31,780 nt of DNA from Burkholderiales bacterium (GCA_005793645.1 SXRG01000025.1:1-31780); one strand, 5' to 3'. Shown: positions 1-9,772, counted from the stretch's first letter. The notes: generated by a model from the letters alone, not told the origin. Numbers and translations: made by a program.

Positions 1-129
1 AGCAGCTCTTCCCCTTGGCGCTGCTCGTCACACCGAACATCCATGAGGCGCAGCAATTGTCCGGCATCGAGATCAAGACCCTCGCGGACGCGCGCCGCGC
101 CGCCAAAATCATCCACGGGTTCGGCTGCA
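1..129 (+). CDS. thiD: Internal fragment of hydroxymethylpyrimidine/phosphomethylpyrimidine kinase; open at the window start and broken at about 129
   Basis: Frame from nt 3 reads [21 protein letters not shown]...[10 protein letters not shown], which contains the ThiD/PfkB-type TPNxxEA motif. Similarity stops before the expected ..KGGH segment. Confidence 0.8.
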
Positions 130-402
130 CAGGTATTCGCCCTCATACACTGTATTGGCGCGAAACATCGGGAACACAAAATCGCGCACAAATTCTTCAC
201 GCAGATCATCAATAAAGATCTGCTCTGACTTGATTCCAAACTTTAAAGCCTTGGCACGAGCCGGTTCCAGTTCCTCCCCCTGACCCAGGTCAGCGGTGAA
301 AGTCACCACCTCGCATTGGTAGGTATCCTGCAACCACTTGAGAATGACCGAGGTATCCAGACCACCCGAATAGGCAAGTACCACTTTTTTGATATCTGAC
401 AT
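130..402 (-). CDS. argG: Argininosuccinate synthase, N-terminal ~91 aa only (truncated)
   Basis: [18 protein letters not shown]...[10 protein letters not shown] is the ArgG N-terminus. It breaks off where LGTSIARP is expected. ATG at 402. Confidence 0.95.
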
Positions 403-424
403 ATTTGTTCTCGTATTTACAGCG

Positions 425-877
425 TTATTTGAGTCGATAGCCAGCATGGCAGGCCACGCAGGCGCCTGTCACCGACTCCAACGCATTGTAGGCGGCTGCA
501 CGGTCACCCTTGCGCGCAATCCCGGCAAACTCGCTAGCCGATGTATGCATACCGATGCCAATGGCCCGCATGCCATCTGGCATGAAACGTCCGGGGCCTT
601 TGCCCTGAGTACGGGCGGCATGTTTTCCCATCGAGCTGAGACCCATATCGGCTTCGGCCACATCGGCGGATTCTTTTAGTTTTCCGGCATTGAGCAGAAC
701 CAATACTTCGTTTAATGCTGCCAGGTGATGCACCATGTCTTCACGCATCAGGCTGCGTTGCAGTGTCGGCATCTCAACCTCCTGACGCGCGTCATGAGGG
801 GAAACGGGGCCGCTTGCAAAAACGGGGACCGTAAATCCTGCCAACAAAGTCACTATCGAGCAATAACGCCAATTCAT
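425..877 (-). CDS. Periplasmic mono-heme cytochrome c, cytochrome c'-like (class II)
   Basis: N-terminal signal-like segment and a single CxxCH at the extreme C-terminus (CVACHAGYR). AGGAGA RBS upstream. Confidence 0.75.
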   Translation of the reverse strand: MNWRYCSIVTLLAGFTVPVFASGPVSPHDARQEVEMPTLQRSLMREDMVHHLAALNEVLVLLNAGKLKESADVAEADMGLSSMGKHAARTQGKGPGRFMPDGMRAIGIGMHTSASEFAGIARKGDRAAAYNALESVTGACVACHAGYRLK

Positions 878-906
878 CGATATCTCCTAAATAGTCTTCG
901 AAAAGT

Positions 907-1827
907 TTAATTCTCAATCCGCCCAAGCAGGAGGTATTCCATCAATGCCTTCTGCACATGCAGGCGGTTAGCCGCCTCTTCCCAGACCACCGACTGCGGG
1001 CCATCAATCACGGCGGCCTCAACCTCTTCACCCCGATGCGCCGGCAGACAATGCATGAATACAGCCTCTGCGCCAGCCACTACCATCATTTCTGGATCCA
1101 CACACCAATCGGCGAAGGCCTTTTTGCGAGCTTCGTTTTCGGCCTCGAAACCCATCGAAGTCCACACATCGGTGGTAACCAGATCGGCCCCGCGACACGC
1201 GTCCATCGGGTCGGCAAAAGATTCAAAATGATCCGTGCCAAACAACCCGGCGCGCTCCGGCTCCACCTCGTAGCCCGGCGGGGTCGAAACATGAACATTG
1301 AAGTCGAGGATCTCGGCAGCCTGTAGCCAGGTATTGCACATATTGTTGGAGTCACCGATCCAGGCCACGGTCTTGCCCTGAATGGGGCCGCGCTGCTCAA
1401 TGTAGGTATAGATATCGGCGAGGATCTGACAGGGGTGATACTCGTTGGTCAGGCCATTGATGACCGGCACGCGCGAGTGAGCCGCAAAGCGCTCGATGAT
1501 CTCCTGCTCGAAGGTGCGGATCATCACAATATCCACCATGCGCGAGATTACCTCAGCCGCATCCTCGACCGGCTCACCACGGCCCAATTGGGTATCACGT
1601 GTGTTGAGGTAGATTGCCGAACCACCCAACTGGTGCATACCGGCCTCGAAAGACAGGCGTGTGCGGGTAGAACTCTTCTCGAAAATCATCGCTAGTGTTC
1701 GATCAGCCAGCGGATGATAGGGTTCATAACGCTTAAAACGATCCTTGATCACGCGGGTACGATCGAACAAGTAATCCAGTTCGACGCGGGATAGATCCTT
1801 AAATTGCAGTAAATGGCGCAGTTCCAT
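907..1827 (-). CDS. argF: Ornithine carbamoyltransferase
   Basis: STRTR carbamoyl-phosphate motif, HPCQ and HCLP motifs. Confidence 0.97.
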   Translation of the reverse strand: MELRHLLQFKDLSRVELDYLFDRTRVIKDRFKRYEPYHPLADRTLAMIFEKSSTRTRLSFEAGMHQLGGSAIYLNTRDTQLGRGEPVEDAAEVISRMVDIVMIRTFEQEIIERFAAHSRVPVINGLTNEYHPCQILADIYTYIEQRGPIQGKTVAWIGDSNNMCNTWLQAAEILDFNVHVSTPPGYEVEPERAGLFGTDHFESFADPMDACRGADLVTTDVWTSMGFEAENEARKKAFADWCVDPEMMVVAGAEAVFMHCLPAHRGEEVEAAVIDGPQSVVWEEAANRLHVQKALMEYLLLGRIEN

Positions 1828-1856
1828 GCTAGCAACCTTACTCGTAAAGGAATGTT

Positions 1857-3029
1857 TTACGCGAGAAAGGCGCGAACCAAACGCGCTAACCGCTCAACCA
1901 GGAGATCAGCCTCGGCGTCGGACAGGATGAGCGGCGGCAGCAGGCGGATGACGCTGTCAGCGGTGACATTGATGATGAGCTGTTCTTGGTCACGGGCGAT
2001 GGCCACCAACTCGGCACAAGGATGCTCTAACTCGATGCCAATCATCAAACCTTGACCCCGGATGTTGCGAATACCCGCCACACCTTGCAACGCCACCTGC
2101 ATTCCGCCCTTGATGCGCTCGCCTAGCGCTGTGGCGCGCGCCAGCAGTTGCCCGTCAGTTATCACCGCCAGCGTAGTCAACGCCGCGCGACAGGCCAGCG
2201 GGTTTCCGCCAAAGGTCGTGCCGTGCTTGCCTGCCGTGAACACCTCGGCCGCCACGCCACGCGCCAGCGATGCGCCTATCGGAACGCCAGAGCCCAGGCC
2301 CTTGGCCAAGGACAGAACATCCGGCCGAATGTCACTGTACTGGAAGGCAAACCATTGACCGGTGCGGCCAATGCCGGTCTGTACCTCGTCAAGCATCAGC
2401 AACCAGCCATGCTGATCGCAAATGCGGCGCAATTCGCGCAGATAGCTCGGCTTTGGGATGTGCACGCCGCCCTCACCCTGAATCGGTTCAACCAGGATGG
2501 CGACCACCGATTTATTGTGGGCGGCAACCTGTTCAACCGCCTCAACATCGTCAAAGGGTACGCGCAAAAAGCCTTGCACCAAGGGTTCAAACCCGGCCTG
2601 CACCTTGCGGTTTCCAGTCGCCGTCAGTGTCGCCAACGTGCGGCCATGGAACGATTTTTCCATCACGATGATATGCGGCGAATCAATGCCCTTGTTGTGA
2701 CCGTAAAGCCGCGCCAGCTTGATCGCAGCCTCGTTCGCCTCTGCGCCCGAATTACAAAAGAAAGCGCGATCCATGCCAGCCAAGGCGCATAAGCGATCCG
2801 CCAGTTCGGATTGCTCCCGGATCTCGTACAGGTTGGAGGTGTGGATCAGACGCCCAGCCTGCTCGCACAGGGCACGCGTCAACTGGGGATGGGCATGACC
2901 CAAACCGTTTACGGCAATACCGGCCAGCGCATCCAGATAGCGCTGCCCATCTTCGGCAACCAGCCAAGCACCTTCACCATGGGTAAATGCAATCGGCTGG
3001 CGTGCGTAAGTCTGCATGAGATGGTCTGA
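1857..3029 (-). CDS. argD: Acetylornithine aminotransferase
   Basis: Class III PLP aminotransferase motifs (FHGRT, DEVQTG, LAKGLGSG, HGTTFGGNP). Directly upstream of argF. Start taken at MSDHLM. Confidence 0.93.
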   Translation of the reverse strand, partial: SDHLMQTYARQPIAFTHGEGAWLVAEDGQRYLDALAGIAVNGLGHAHPQLTRALCEQAGRLIHTSNLYEIREQSELADRLCALAGMDRAFFCNSGAEANEAAIKLARLYGHNKGIDSPHIIVMEKSFHGRTLATLTATGNRKVQAGFEPLVQGFLRVPFDDVEAVEQVAAHNKSVVAILVEPIQGEGGVHIPKPSYLRELRRICDQHGWLLMLDEVQTGIGRTGQWFAFQYSDIRPDVLSLAKGLGSGVPIGASLARGVAAEVFTAGKHGTTFGGNPLACRAALTTLAVITDGQLLARATALGERIKGGMQVALQGVAGIRNIRGQGLMIGIELEHPCAELVAIARDQEQLIINVTADSVIRLLPPLILSDAEADLLVERLARLVRAFLA

Positions 3030-3152
3030 CATAATGCTTCTAACCTTCATACCCCGAAAAACAGGGTTTTTTGTGAATGTTTAACTATACCATTGATCAA
3101 TGGGGGTAAATAAACCTCACCTTCAAACAACAGAAACTTGGCCACTGCCATG

Positions 3153-3175
3153 TTATCCACGAATCCTGTGGATAA
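3153..3175. promoter_or_regulatory. Oppositely oriented pair of DnaA boxes
   Basis: TTATCCACG (3153-3161, 1 mismatch to TTATCCACA) and TGTGGATAA (3167-3175, perfect reverse complement), 5 nt apart. Confidence 0.6.
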
Positions 3176-3272
3176 CTCTGTGCAATTACCGCACGGAACT
3201 CACAAAAATGGCATCAATGCTGGGCTCTTTCAGCGCTGCCCTGTTTTTAATCAAATCACGGATGCCGTTAAA

Positions 3273-3285
3273 AATCAATAGGTTA
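3273..3285 (+). promoter_or_regulatory. IHF consensus site
   Basis: AATCAATAGGTTA matches WATCAANNNNTTR exactly, within an AT-rich intergenic tract. Confidence 0.5.
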
Positions 3286-3359
3286 TATTATATCCATTAA
3301 AAAACATGGGATTAGCATCGCCTTTGTGTCACTACAGTACATATGATGCATAAAACAGC

Positions 3360-5726
3360 TCACGCCATCCCAATACAATCATTTTTATGATCCCGTTGAC
3401 AGCCGGATGAATGCCAATAACGACGCCGCTCATCGCGCCACAAACGGACAAAACTTCCCTCCGGCAAGAAGTCCAGACGAATCGCGCCTACCTGATCGGT
3501 CCGCCAGATCCGGCTACCAACATCACGATATCGGCCCAATGCCTCTGAATGCGGGTGGCCGAAGGCGTTGTTGCGACCCACCGAAAGGATGGCCTGAGAC
3601 GGGCGTACAGCCGCAATCCACCGCTCGGACGAGGAAGAGCGACTGCCATGATGTGCAACCAACAAGGCTGTACTGGGCAAATGTTCGCGCCGATTTTCTA
3701 GCATTTCCAGTTCACCCAGGCGTTCAATATCAGCCACCAGCAAGACACTACCCCAAGCCGACTCGGCCTTAACCACACAACTTCGATCGTTATTAGAGAA
3801 GTAGGGATTGTCAGCCCAATGCATCGGCGGGTGAAGAACCTCAAAGCGGACACTATCCCATTGCCATGTCTGCCCGGCCACACAGCGCACCTGACGTGAT
3901 CCAGCCTGGGGCTGCCCATACAGTGACCATACCGGCCGGAAAGAGGCCTCGATGCTTGCCGCACCACCACTGTGATCCGAATCCGCATGCGAAACGATTA
4001 GACCATCCAGTCGTCGAACCCCCATCGCCCAGAGGCGCGGCGCAACGATCCTCTGTCCTGCATCGCTACTTTCAAAGGCCGGCCCCGTATCAAACAGCAG
4101 CGTGTGCCGCGCCGTCGAGACCACCACTGCCAGTCCCTGCCCTACATCCAGGGTATCAACCCGCAATACCCCATTGGCCGGACGGTCATCCGTGGGCCAG
4201 AGTAACGGTAGCAACAGAACCAAGCCCAGAAAACGGCGCGGAAACGCCCCTGGCAGTATCAGATATATCAACCCAATCGCCGCCAGAAACAGGGCCTGGC
4301 CACCGGCCTCTCCGACATGCCAAACCGGTTGTGGCCAGGCTGCCAAGATCTCTAAACCCCACATCACGGCCGCAATCACGCTATGCGTCAGCGTTGCCAG
4401 CCCGTCCCAGGGTAGCAATGCCGAAAGCATCGCCAGCGGAACAACCAAAAAGCTAATCACCGGGATAGCGAAGGTGTTGGCCAACGGGGAGACCAGAGAA
4501 AACTCGTGAAACAGCATCAAAAGCAACGGCAACAAGGCCAAACTGGCCACCCACTGGGTCAAGGCCCAGGACCGCCAAAAACGCGGTGGACGCAGGCGTC
4601 CCGCACCGGCATAAAAAAGCGCCGCCACAGCCATGAATGAGAGCCAGAAACCAGCCGAAAGGGCCGCCCAAGGGTCAATCAAGACAACAATGGCCAACGC
4701 AGCCGCCAGAACACGCGAAGGCGAATGCGCCATACTCAACCAAACGCCGATTACCATAACCGCAATCATGTAAAGCGTACGCTGTGCCGGGATACCAAAC
4801 CCGGACAACAGGGTATAGGCCATCGCCAGCAGCAAGCCTGCGATGGCCGCCGCCTTGACGGCCGGCACGCGCAACATCAGCCAGGTAACCTGCCGCCAGA
4901 TGGCGTACACCAATGCATAAATGAGTCCGGACAGCAGCGTGATATGCAGGCCAGAGATACTCATCAGATGGGTTACCCCGGTCATCCGGAACAATCGCCA
5001 CTGCGCATCGGAGATTGCGTTCTGATCGCCTACCGCCAGTGCGATGGCAACCCCGGCATACGGCATCGCCCTGCCTTCTGCATCCGTCAAGCGCTTCAGC
5101 ATTCCCTCGCGCAAGCGGTGACGAAGTGCATCAACATAAGCACGCAAATCTGAGGGACAGTTATTAAAAAATTCTATCGGCCCGGTCGCCGTCGCAAATC
5201 CACGGATACCCCGCTCAAACAACCAACCCTCTATATCCGCGACCCCGGGATTCTGGCTGGCATGCGGGGGGCGGACGCGCAAATCGAGACGCAAACAATC
5301 ACCTCCCCTAGGTGGCGTCGCTAACCACTTGCTTGCAGACATAACTTGCAGGCGTTGCGGCAAAACCCCATTCTCATCCTGCACAACACGCAAGACAAAG
5401 CGCCAACCATAGGCCGTTGCCTGAGGCAGCCCCTCAACGAGGCCAGTGGCCGGGGTACTGAGCCCATCCCAGAGGGGATCAACGCGATCCGCCAGGCGCA
5501 GGTCCGCACGCCAGGCCGCGTAATAAAAACCGGTTGCGAGGGCAATGAGTCCCAAACCACCCCAGCGGAGCACAGCCCAATAACCAGTAGATGGCCAGAG
5601 CCTCAAGCCGTAATGCCAAGCCAGAAGCGCCAGCGGGGCCCACCACAACGGGGCGAAGAACGGCAAAACGGCCTGCGTCTGTAGCCATGCCGCACCCACC
5701 GTGAAACAGATAATTAGCCAACGCAT
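3360..5726 (-). CDS. comEC: DNA internalization competence protein ComEC/Rec2
   Basis: Multi-TM core with HLMSISGLH and RTLYM motifs. C-terminal metallo-beta-lactamase domain (DVGQG, SHADSDH, HHGS, FGHP). Start taken at MRWLII. Confidence 0.95.
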   Translation of the reverse strand: MRWLIICFTVGAAWLQTQAVLPFFAPLWWAPLALLAWHYGLRLWPSTGYWAVLRWGGLGLIALATGFYYAAWRADLRLADRVDPLWDGLSTPATGLVEGLPQATAYGWRFVLRVVQDENGVLPQRLQVMSASKWLATPPRGGDCLRLDLRVRPPHASQNPGVADIEGWLFERGIRGFATATGPIEFFNNCPSDLRAYVDALRHRLREGMLKRLTDAEGRAMPYAGVAIALAVGDQNAISDAQWRLFRMTGVTHLMSISGLHITLLSGLIYALVYAIWRQVTWLMLRVPAVKAAAIAGLLLAMAYTLLSGFGIPAQRTLYMIAVMVIGVWLSMAHSPSRVLAAALAIVVLIDPWAALSAGFWLSFMAVAALFYAGAGRLRPPRFWRSWALTQWVASLALLPLLLMLFHEFSLVSPLANTFAIPVISFLVVPLAMLSALLPWDGLATLTHSVIAAVMWGLEILAAWPQPVWHVGEAGGQALFLAAIGLIYLILPGAFPRRFLGLVLLLPLLWPTDDRPANGVLRVDTLDVGQGLAVVVSTARHTLLFDTGPAFESSDAGQRIVAPRLWAMGVRRLDGLIVSHADSDHSGGAASIEASFRPVWSLYGQPQAGSRQVRCVAGQTWQWDSVRFEVLHPPMHWADNPYFSNNDRSCVVKAESAWGSVLLVADIERLGELEMLENRREHLPSTALLVAHHGSRSSSSERWIAAVRPSQAILSVGRNNAFGHPHSEALGRYRDVGSRIWRTDQVGAIRLDFLPEGSFVRLWRDERRRYWHSSGCQRDHKNDCIGMA

Positions 5727-5787
5727 CGGCGAGCCTGCCCAAAAGTTCGGACTACAATGCACCACAAGGTCACCATAGTCCACCACC

Positions 5788-6336
5788 ATGCCACGCAAGC
5801 ATTTCCGTAAATATCTCCCCGATCACGCCACAATTCGCGATCACCGCCATCTACGCTGGGCCGGATCGTGGTTGAAGCAACCCAACCTTTGGCACCTGAA
5901 TCGTGCTTCGGTAGCCGGAGGCGTCGCAGTCGGCATGATCGGCGCTCTGGTTCCTGGCCCGGTTCAGATGCTTTCCGCTGCGTTCCTTGCCCTCATTTTT
6001 CGTGTCAACCTGCCGGTCGCCGTAGCCACTACCCTACTCTCCAACCCATTAACATGGCCCTTCATTATCATCACTGCACTCTTCATCGGAGAGTTCTTGC
6101 TCGGCACAGAGGCCACCACCCCGTCAATAAACATGGAATTTAACTGGAGCGACTGGAGCACCTTCCTGCCTGAATTCTGGCACTGGTTGCTAAGTCTGGG
6201 GGAGACCTTTTTACTCGGCGAGATCATCCTCGCCGGGATTCTCGCCGTCCTTGGCTATGTAGCAGTCCGCATCGGCTGGCGTCTCTACCTGCTGGCCTAC
6301 CTCAAGCGCCGCCGCCTACGGAACAAGGATCATTAA
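5788..6336 (+). CDS. DUF2062-family membrane protein
   Basis: LWHLNRASVAGGVAVG...NLPVA...SNPLT pattern. Usual neighbour of lolCD/comEC. Confidence 0.85.
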   Translation: MPRKHFRKYLPDHATIRDHRHLRWAGSWLKQPNLWHLNRASVAGGVAVGMIGALVPGPVQMLSAAFLALIFRVNLPVAVATTLLSNPLTWPFIIITALFIGEFLLGTEATTPSINMEFNWSDWSTFLPEFWHWLLSLGETFLLGEIILAGILAVLGYVAVRIGWRLYLLAYLKRRRLRNKDH

Positions 6337-7221
6337 TCAAGGTCTCTCGGAAGGCACGCTGACCGGGTAACCATTGGTCAGCGCCGTGAGAAAAACCTCC
6401 AAGTCGTTATAAGCCTGGCTACCCGGCTTAAGGGCGTTAAATCCTAAGTCCAAGCTACACTGTGCAAAGCGCACTTGCAGGGAAGTAATGCCAAAACGGT
6501 CGCGATAGACCGGATAATGAGCCACATCTCCATATGGCGAGGTTACTACCGTGGCACGCAAGGACTGGCCAATACGACCCACATGGCAGGAGGCACAAGA
6601 CATGTTGTTGCGGCCGACCTTCTGGTGAAAAAGACGCTCGCCTCGCCGCCAGGATTCGCGCAAGGGGCCTGAACTCACATCAATTTTAATGGGCATACCC
6701 AAGCTATGAGATGCCACATAAATAGATACGGCACTGTTGTCATAACTACCGTTTTGTAAGACTTCACCTTCCAATTTAGCGCAATGCTCAATCACCTCTT
6801 CCAGCCCGACCACCCGACCAAGATCTGTGCGAAAAGCTGGATAATGGGTCCGCAAGCCGCGCAGGCTCGTCTCGTATGGCCCGTTAAAGCGATACATGAC
6901 CAGGCAATTCTTGAAGGTTCCCGAGCGGTTCAACTTGTTAAATAAGGTCAGCCCGCGATCCAGCGCCAGATGTCCGGCATGCATTTCCTTGTTGAATGGA
7001 TAATCGAGGTGCTTCCAGTTCAGTTTCCAACTCTGATCTGGGCTTCCGGCCAGGCGCATGTCCAGGTTCTTCGGGTCTTTCCAGTAACGATAGGTCCCTG
7101 TCAGATGATCATCGCCAGAAACATGCGGCAGAAAAGGCTCTGCCGATGTGTATTCCTTGTGTGGTTCATCCGCCCAGGCTGGCAGCAAAAACAGGGCCAG
7201 CATGATAATCAGGATACGCAT
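6337..7221 (-). CDS. soxA: SoxA-like thiosulfate:SoxY sulfurtransferase cytochrome (mono-heme type)
   Basis: Signal peptide, one CxxCH (CASCH), YPVYR, RFAQC (active-site Arg and Cys), and C-terminal NG..V..PSxRP. The first heme site is reduced to lone cysteines (FKNC, IEHC). Confidence 0.85.
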   Translation of the reverse strand: MRILIIMLALFLLPAWADEPHKEYTSAEPFLPHVSGDDHLTGTYRYWKDPKNLDMRLAGSPDQSWKLNWKHLDYPFNKEMHAGHLALDRGLTLFNKLNRSGTFKNCLVMYRFNGPYETSLRGLRTHYPAFRTDLGRVVGLEEVIEHCAKLEGEVLQNGSYDNSAVSIYVASHSLGMPIKIDVSSGPLRESWRRGERLFHQKVGRNNMSCASCHVGRIGQSLRATVVTSPYGDVAHYPVYRDRFGITSLQVRFAQCSLDLGFNALKPGSQAYNDLEVFLTALTNGYPVSVPSERP

Positions 7222-7224
7222 GGC

Positions 7225-7752
7225 TCACTCCAGACTTTGTAGGTAGGCCACGAGATCACGAATCTCTTGGTCAGACAGGATGCCCAAAGGGCCAAAAGGG
7301 GGCATTACAGCGCGCGGCGCGGTAATGCGCACATCAAAGATTTGCTGATAGAGATTCGCATCCGTGTGGCGACGCTGCTTGTAATGATGGAGTGAAGCCC
7401 CAAAGGTACCCGGCCACTCCTCACCGGGGATTTCATGGCAGGTCACGCAATTACCGCGCCAAGGGTCCATTGCGATAACCCGTCCGCGCGCCGCATCGCC
7501 CCGCAACGGGGCCACATAATGAGCCATCTGTGGACTTGGGATAGTCCGCGTCTCATCTTTGCAGAGGGTTGGCCACTGCGAAAAATCTATAAAGTGAGGA
7601 ACCCAGTGCAACTGACCACTGTCGACAACCACCTTCGGTGCCAGAGTTTTGATCGATCTCATTGGATCCACCATCTCTTCCCTGTCCTGTGAGTAGCCAA
7701 GGGGGCTCCCACATATCCACACCACTAAAACGCTCCACCATAGCCTGTGCAT
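7225..7752 (-). CDS. soxX: SoxX-like cytochrome c
   Basis: GDAARG...GNCVTCH...MPPFG...LSDQEIRDLVAYL pattern. Lies 3 nt upstream of soxA. Confidence 0.85.
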   Translation of the reverse strand: MHRLWWSVLVVWICGSPLGYSQDREEMVDPMRSIKTLAPKVVVDSGQLHWVPHFIDFSQWPTLCKDETRTIPSPQMAHYVAPLRGDAARGRVIAMDPWRGNCVTCHEIPGEEWPGTFGASLHHYKQRRHTDANLYQQIFDVRITAPRAVMPPFGPLGILSDQEIRDLVAYLQSLE

Positions 7753-7830
7753 ACACCATTCTCCATCTATTATTCGGATATCAATAATCCTCTTTATTGG
7801 AACGAGTCTAACACCACAACCGAGCGGTCG

Positions 7831-8523
7831 TCATCTGTCATCTGATCTGATCAGTGTGCCGTCCTGAAGCGTCAGGATATGCTGCATGCGTCCGGCCAGC
7901 ACCGGATCATGCGTGACCACCAACAAAGCGATCTGGTGCTGCTGGCTCACATTTAGCAACAGATCCTGGATATGCCCCGCTGTGTGGCGATCCAGGTTAC
8001 CAGTCGGTTCATCCATCAGCATGCAGGCCGGTCGCACCACCAAAGCACGAGCAATCGCAGCGCGTTGGCGCTCGCCACCCGACAGTTCGCTAGGGCGATG
8101 CATCAGCCGATGTCCAAGCCCCACCTCTTCCAGGGCGGCGGCGGCCAGGACCTCAGCTTCAGCCCGAGGCACCCGGCGCAGAAGAATCGGCATGGCCACA
8201 TTCTCAAGGGCTGTAAATTCAGGCAGGAGGTGGTGAAATTGGTACACAAAGCCCAAACTACCGTTGCGTAAGGCACAGCGTTCGCGTTCACCAATATTGG
8301 CCAAATCCTGGCCATTCAGCATTACTTGTCCGGCATCTGGACGATCCAAACCACCCAGGATATGCATCAGCGTACTCTTGCCGGAACCTGATGCACCCAT
8401 AATCGCCACCTGCTCGCCTACGCTAATAGCGAGATCAACCCCTACCAATACAGGCACTTCGATGCTGCCTAACCTGTAACCTTTACAAATCCCCTGACAG
8501 GCCAAGACGATGTGTTCATTCAT
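7831..8523 (-). CDS. lolD: Lipoprotein-releasing ABC transporter ATP-binding subunit
   Basis: Walker [37 protein letters not shown]. Follows lolC/E. Confidence 0.95.
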   Translation of the reverse strand: MNEHIVLACQGICKGYRLGSIEVPVLVGVDLAISVGEQVAIMGASGSGKSTLMHILGGLDRPDAGQVMLNGQDLANIGERERCALRNGSLGFVYQFHHLLPEFTALENVAMPILLRRVPRAEAEVLAAAALEEVGLGHRLMHRPSELSGGERQRAAIARALVVRPACMLMDEPTGNLDRHTAGHIQDLLLNVSQQHQIALLVVTHDPVLAGRMQHILTLQDGTLIRSDDR

Positions 8524-9772
8524 AACGCAATGCCTCCGCCGGATGGACACGCGAGGCGCGCCAACTCGGATACAGCGTTGCCAAAAAAGATAACAACAAA
8601 GACACTCCGCCCACCCAAAGCACATCGCCGAGGACTAGTTTGGACGGTAACTCAGAGATGTAATAGACATCCGCCGGGAAGAGATCCTGCCCAAGGATGC
8701 GCTCAACAAACGGCACCACGACCTCAATATTAAGTGCCAGCAGAACGCCCAGCGACACGCCACTCAGTGTGCCAATCACACCAATCAGTGTGCCCTGTAC
8801 CATGAAGACCTGCATCACTGAGGCGGGCAGCATCCCCAATGTACGCAGAATGGCGATGTCGGCTCGTTTGTCCTGCACGGCCATCACCAGGGTCGAAACA
8901 ATATTAAAAGCGGCCACCGCCACAATCAGGGACAAGATGATGAACATCATGCGTTTCTCGATCTGGACAGCACGAAAGAAATTGGCGTGGCTCTGTGTCC
9001 AGTCCGTTACGGCATATTCGCTGTTAAGGGTATTGACCAAGGTCCGCCGCACCTGCGGCGCCGCGTCCATATCGACCAACTTCAGGCGCAATCCCGAAAC
9101 CGCTTCACCCGTACGCAACAGCTTGGCCGCATCGTCAATATGAAGAAAGGCCAGGCCGGCATCATATTCATACATCCCCGCTTCGAACACGCCCACCACG
9201 GTGAACTGCTTCATGCGTGGCACCATACCAGCCGGAGTCACCACGCCCTGCGGAACGACCAGGGTCAGCCGGTCACCCCGAAAAACCCCCAATGCCCGCG
9301 CCAGCTCCGCACCGAGGACAATATTAAATTCGCCGGCGCGCAAGTCCTCAAATCGGCCTGACTTCATCCGCGACGGCACCTCATCGACCTGTCCTTCCCT
9401 GTCTGGCAAAACCCCGCGCAGCATCACCCCACGCGTCTCGCCACCGGCAGCCAGAAGACCCTGACCACTGATATAAGGTGCCGACCCGATGATGGTGGGT
9501 TGCTGCCGCACCCTGGCATCCAGCACTGACCACGCATCAAGACGGCCATCGTGACCCGTCATTTCGATATGCGCCGCTACACCAAGGATGCGATTACGCA
9601 ATTCATCCTGAAATCCGTTCATCACCGACATCACCACGATCAGCGCCATCACACCCAAGGCAATGCCTGCCATGGAGACAACCGAGATGAAGGAAATGAA
9701 ATGATTACGGCGTTTGGCTCGCGTATATCGCAAGCCAATCCATAGTTCAAAGGGCCAACCCGACAAGCTCAT
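8516..9772 (-). CDS. lolC: Lipoprotein-releasing ABC transporter permease LolC/E
   Basis: [16 protein letters not shown]...[18 protein letters not shown]-terminal PAEALRYE. Confidence 0.95.
   Translation of the reverse strand: MSLSGWPFELWIGLRYTRAKRRNHFISFISVVSMAGIALGVMALIVVMSVMNGFQDELRNRILGVAAHIEMTGHDGRLDAWSVLDARVRQQPTIIGSAPYISGQGLLAAGGETRGVMLRGVLPDREGQVDEVPSRMKSGRFEDLRAGEFNIVLGAELARALGVFRGDRLTLVVPQGVVTPAGMVPRMKQFTVVGVFEAGMYEYDAGLAFLHIDDAAKLLRTGEAVSGLRLKLVDMDAAPQVRRTLVNTLNSEYAVTDWTQSHANFFRAVQIEKRMMFIILSLIVAVAAFNIVSTLVMAVQDKRADIAILRTLGMLPASVMQVFMVQGTLIGVIGTLSGVSLGVLLALNIEVVVPFVERILGQDLFPADVYYISELPSKLVLGDVLWVGGVSLLLSFLATLYPSWRASRVHPAEALRYE

Noticed and set aside
955-990. ArgF C-terminal motif reads AANRLH rather than AENRLH
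   Set aside because: This position varies among carbamoyltransferases and all catalytic motifs are intact.
3051-3072. ACCC...GGGT followed by a T-tract upstream of argD
   Set aside because: The stem is short and imperfect, and the T-tract is on the wrong strand to terminate comEC.
3091-3102. Perfect 12-bp palindrome CATTGATCAATG resembling FNR half-sites
   Set aside because: The half-sites overlap with no 4-nt spacer, so it is not an FNR box. No other support for a function.
3360-5726. comEC as evidence of natural competence
   Set aside because: comEC is widespread in non-transformable Proteobacteria, and no other competence genes or uptake sequences are in the window.
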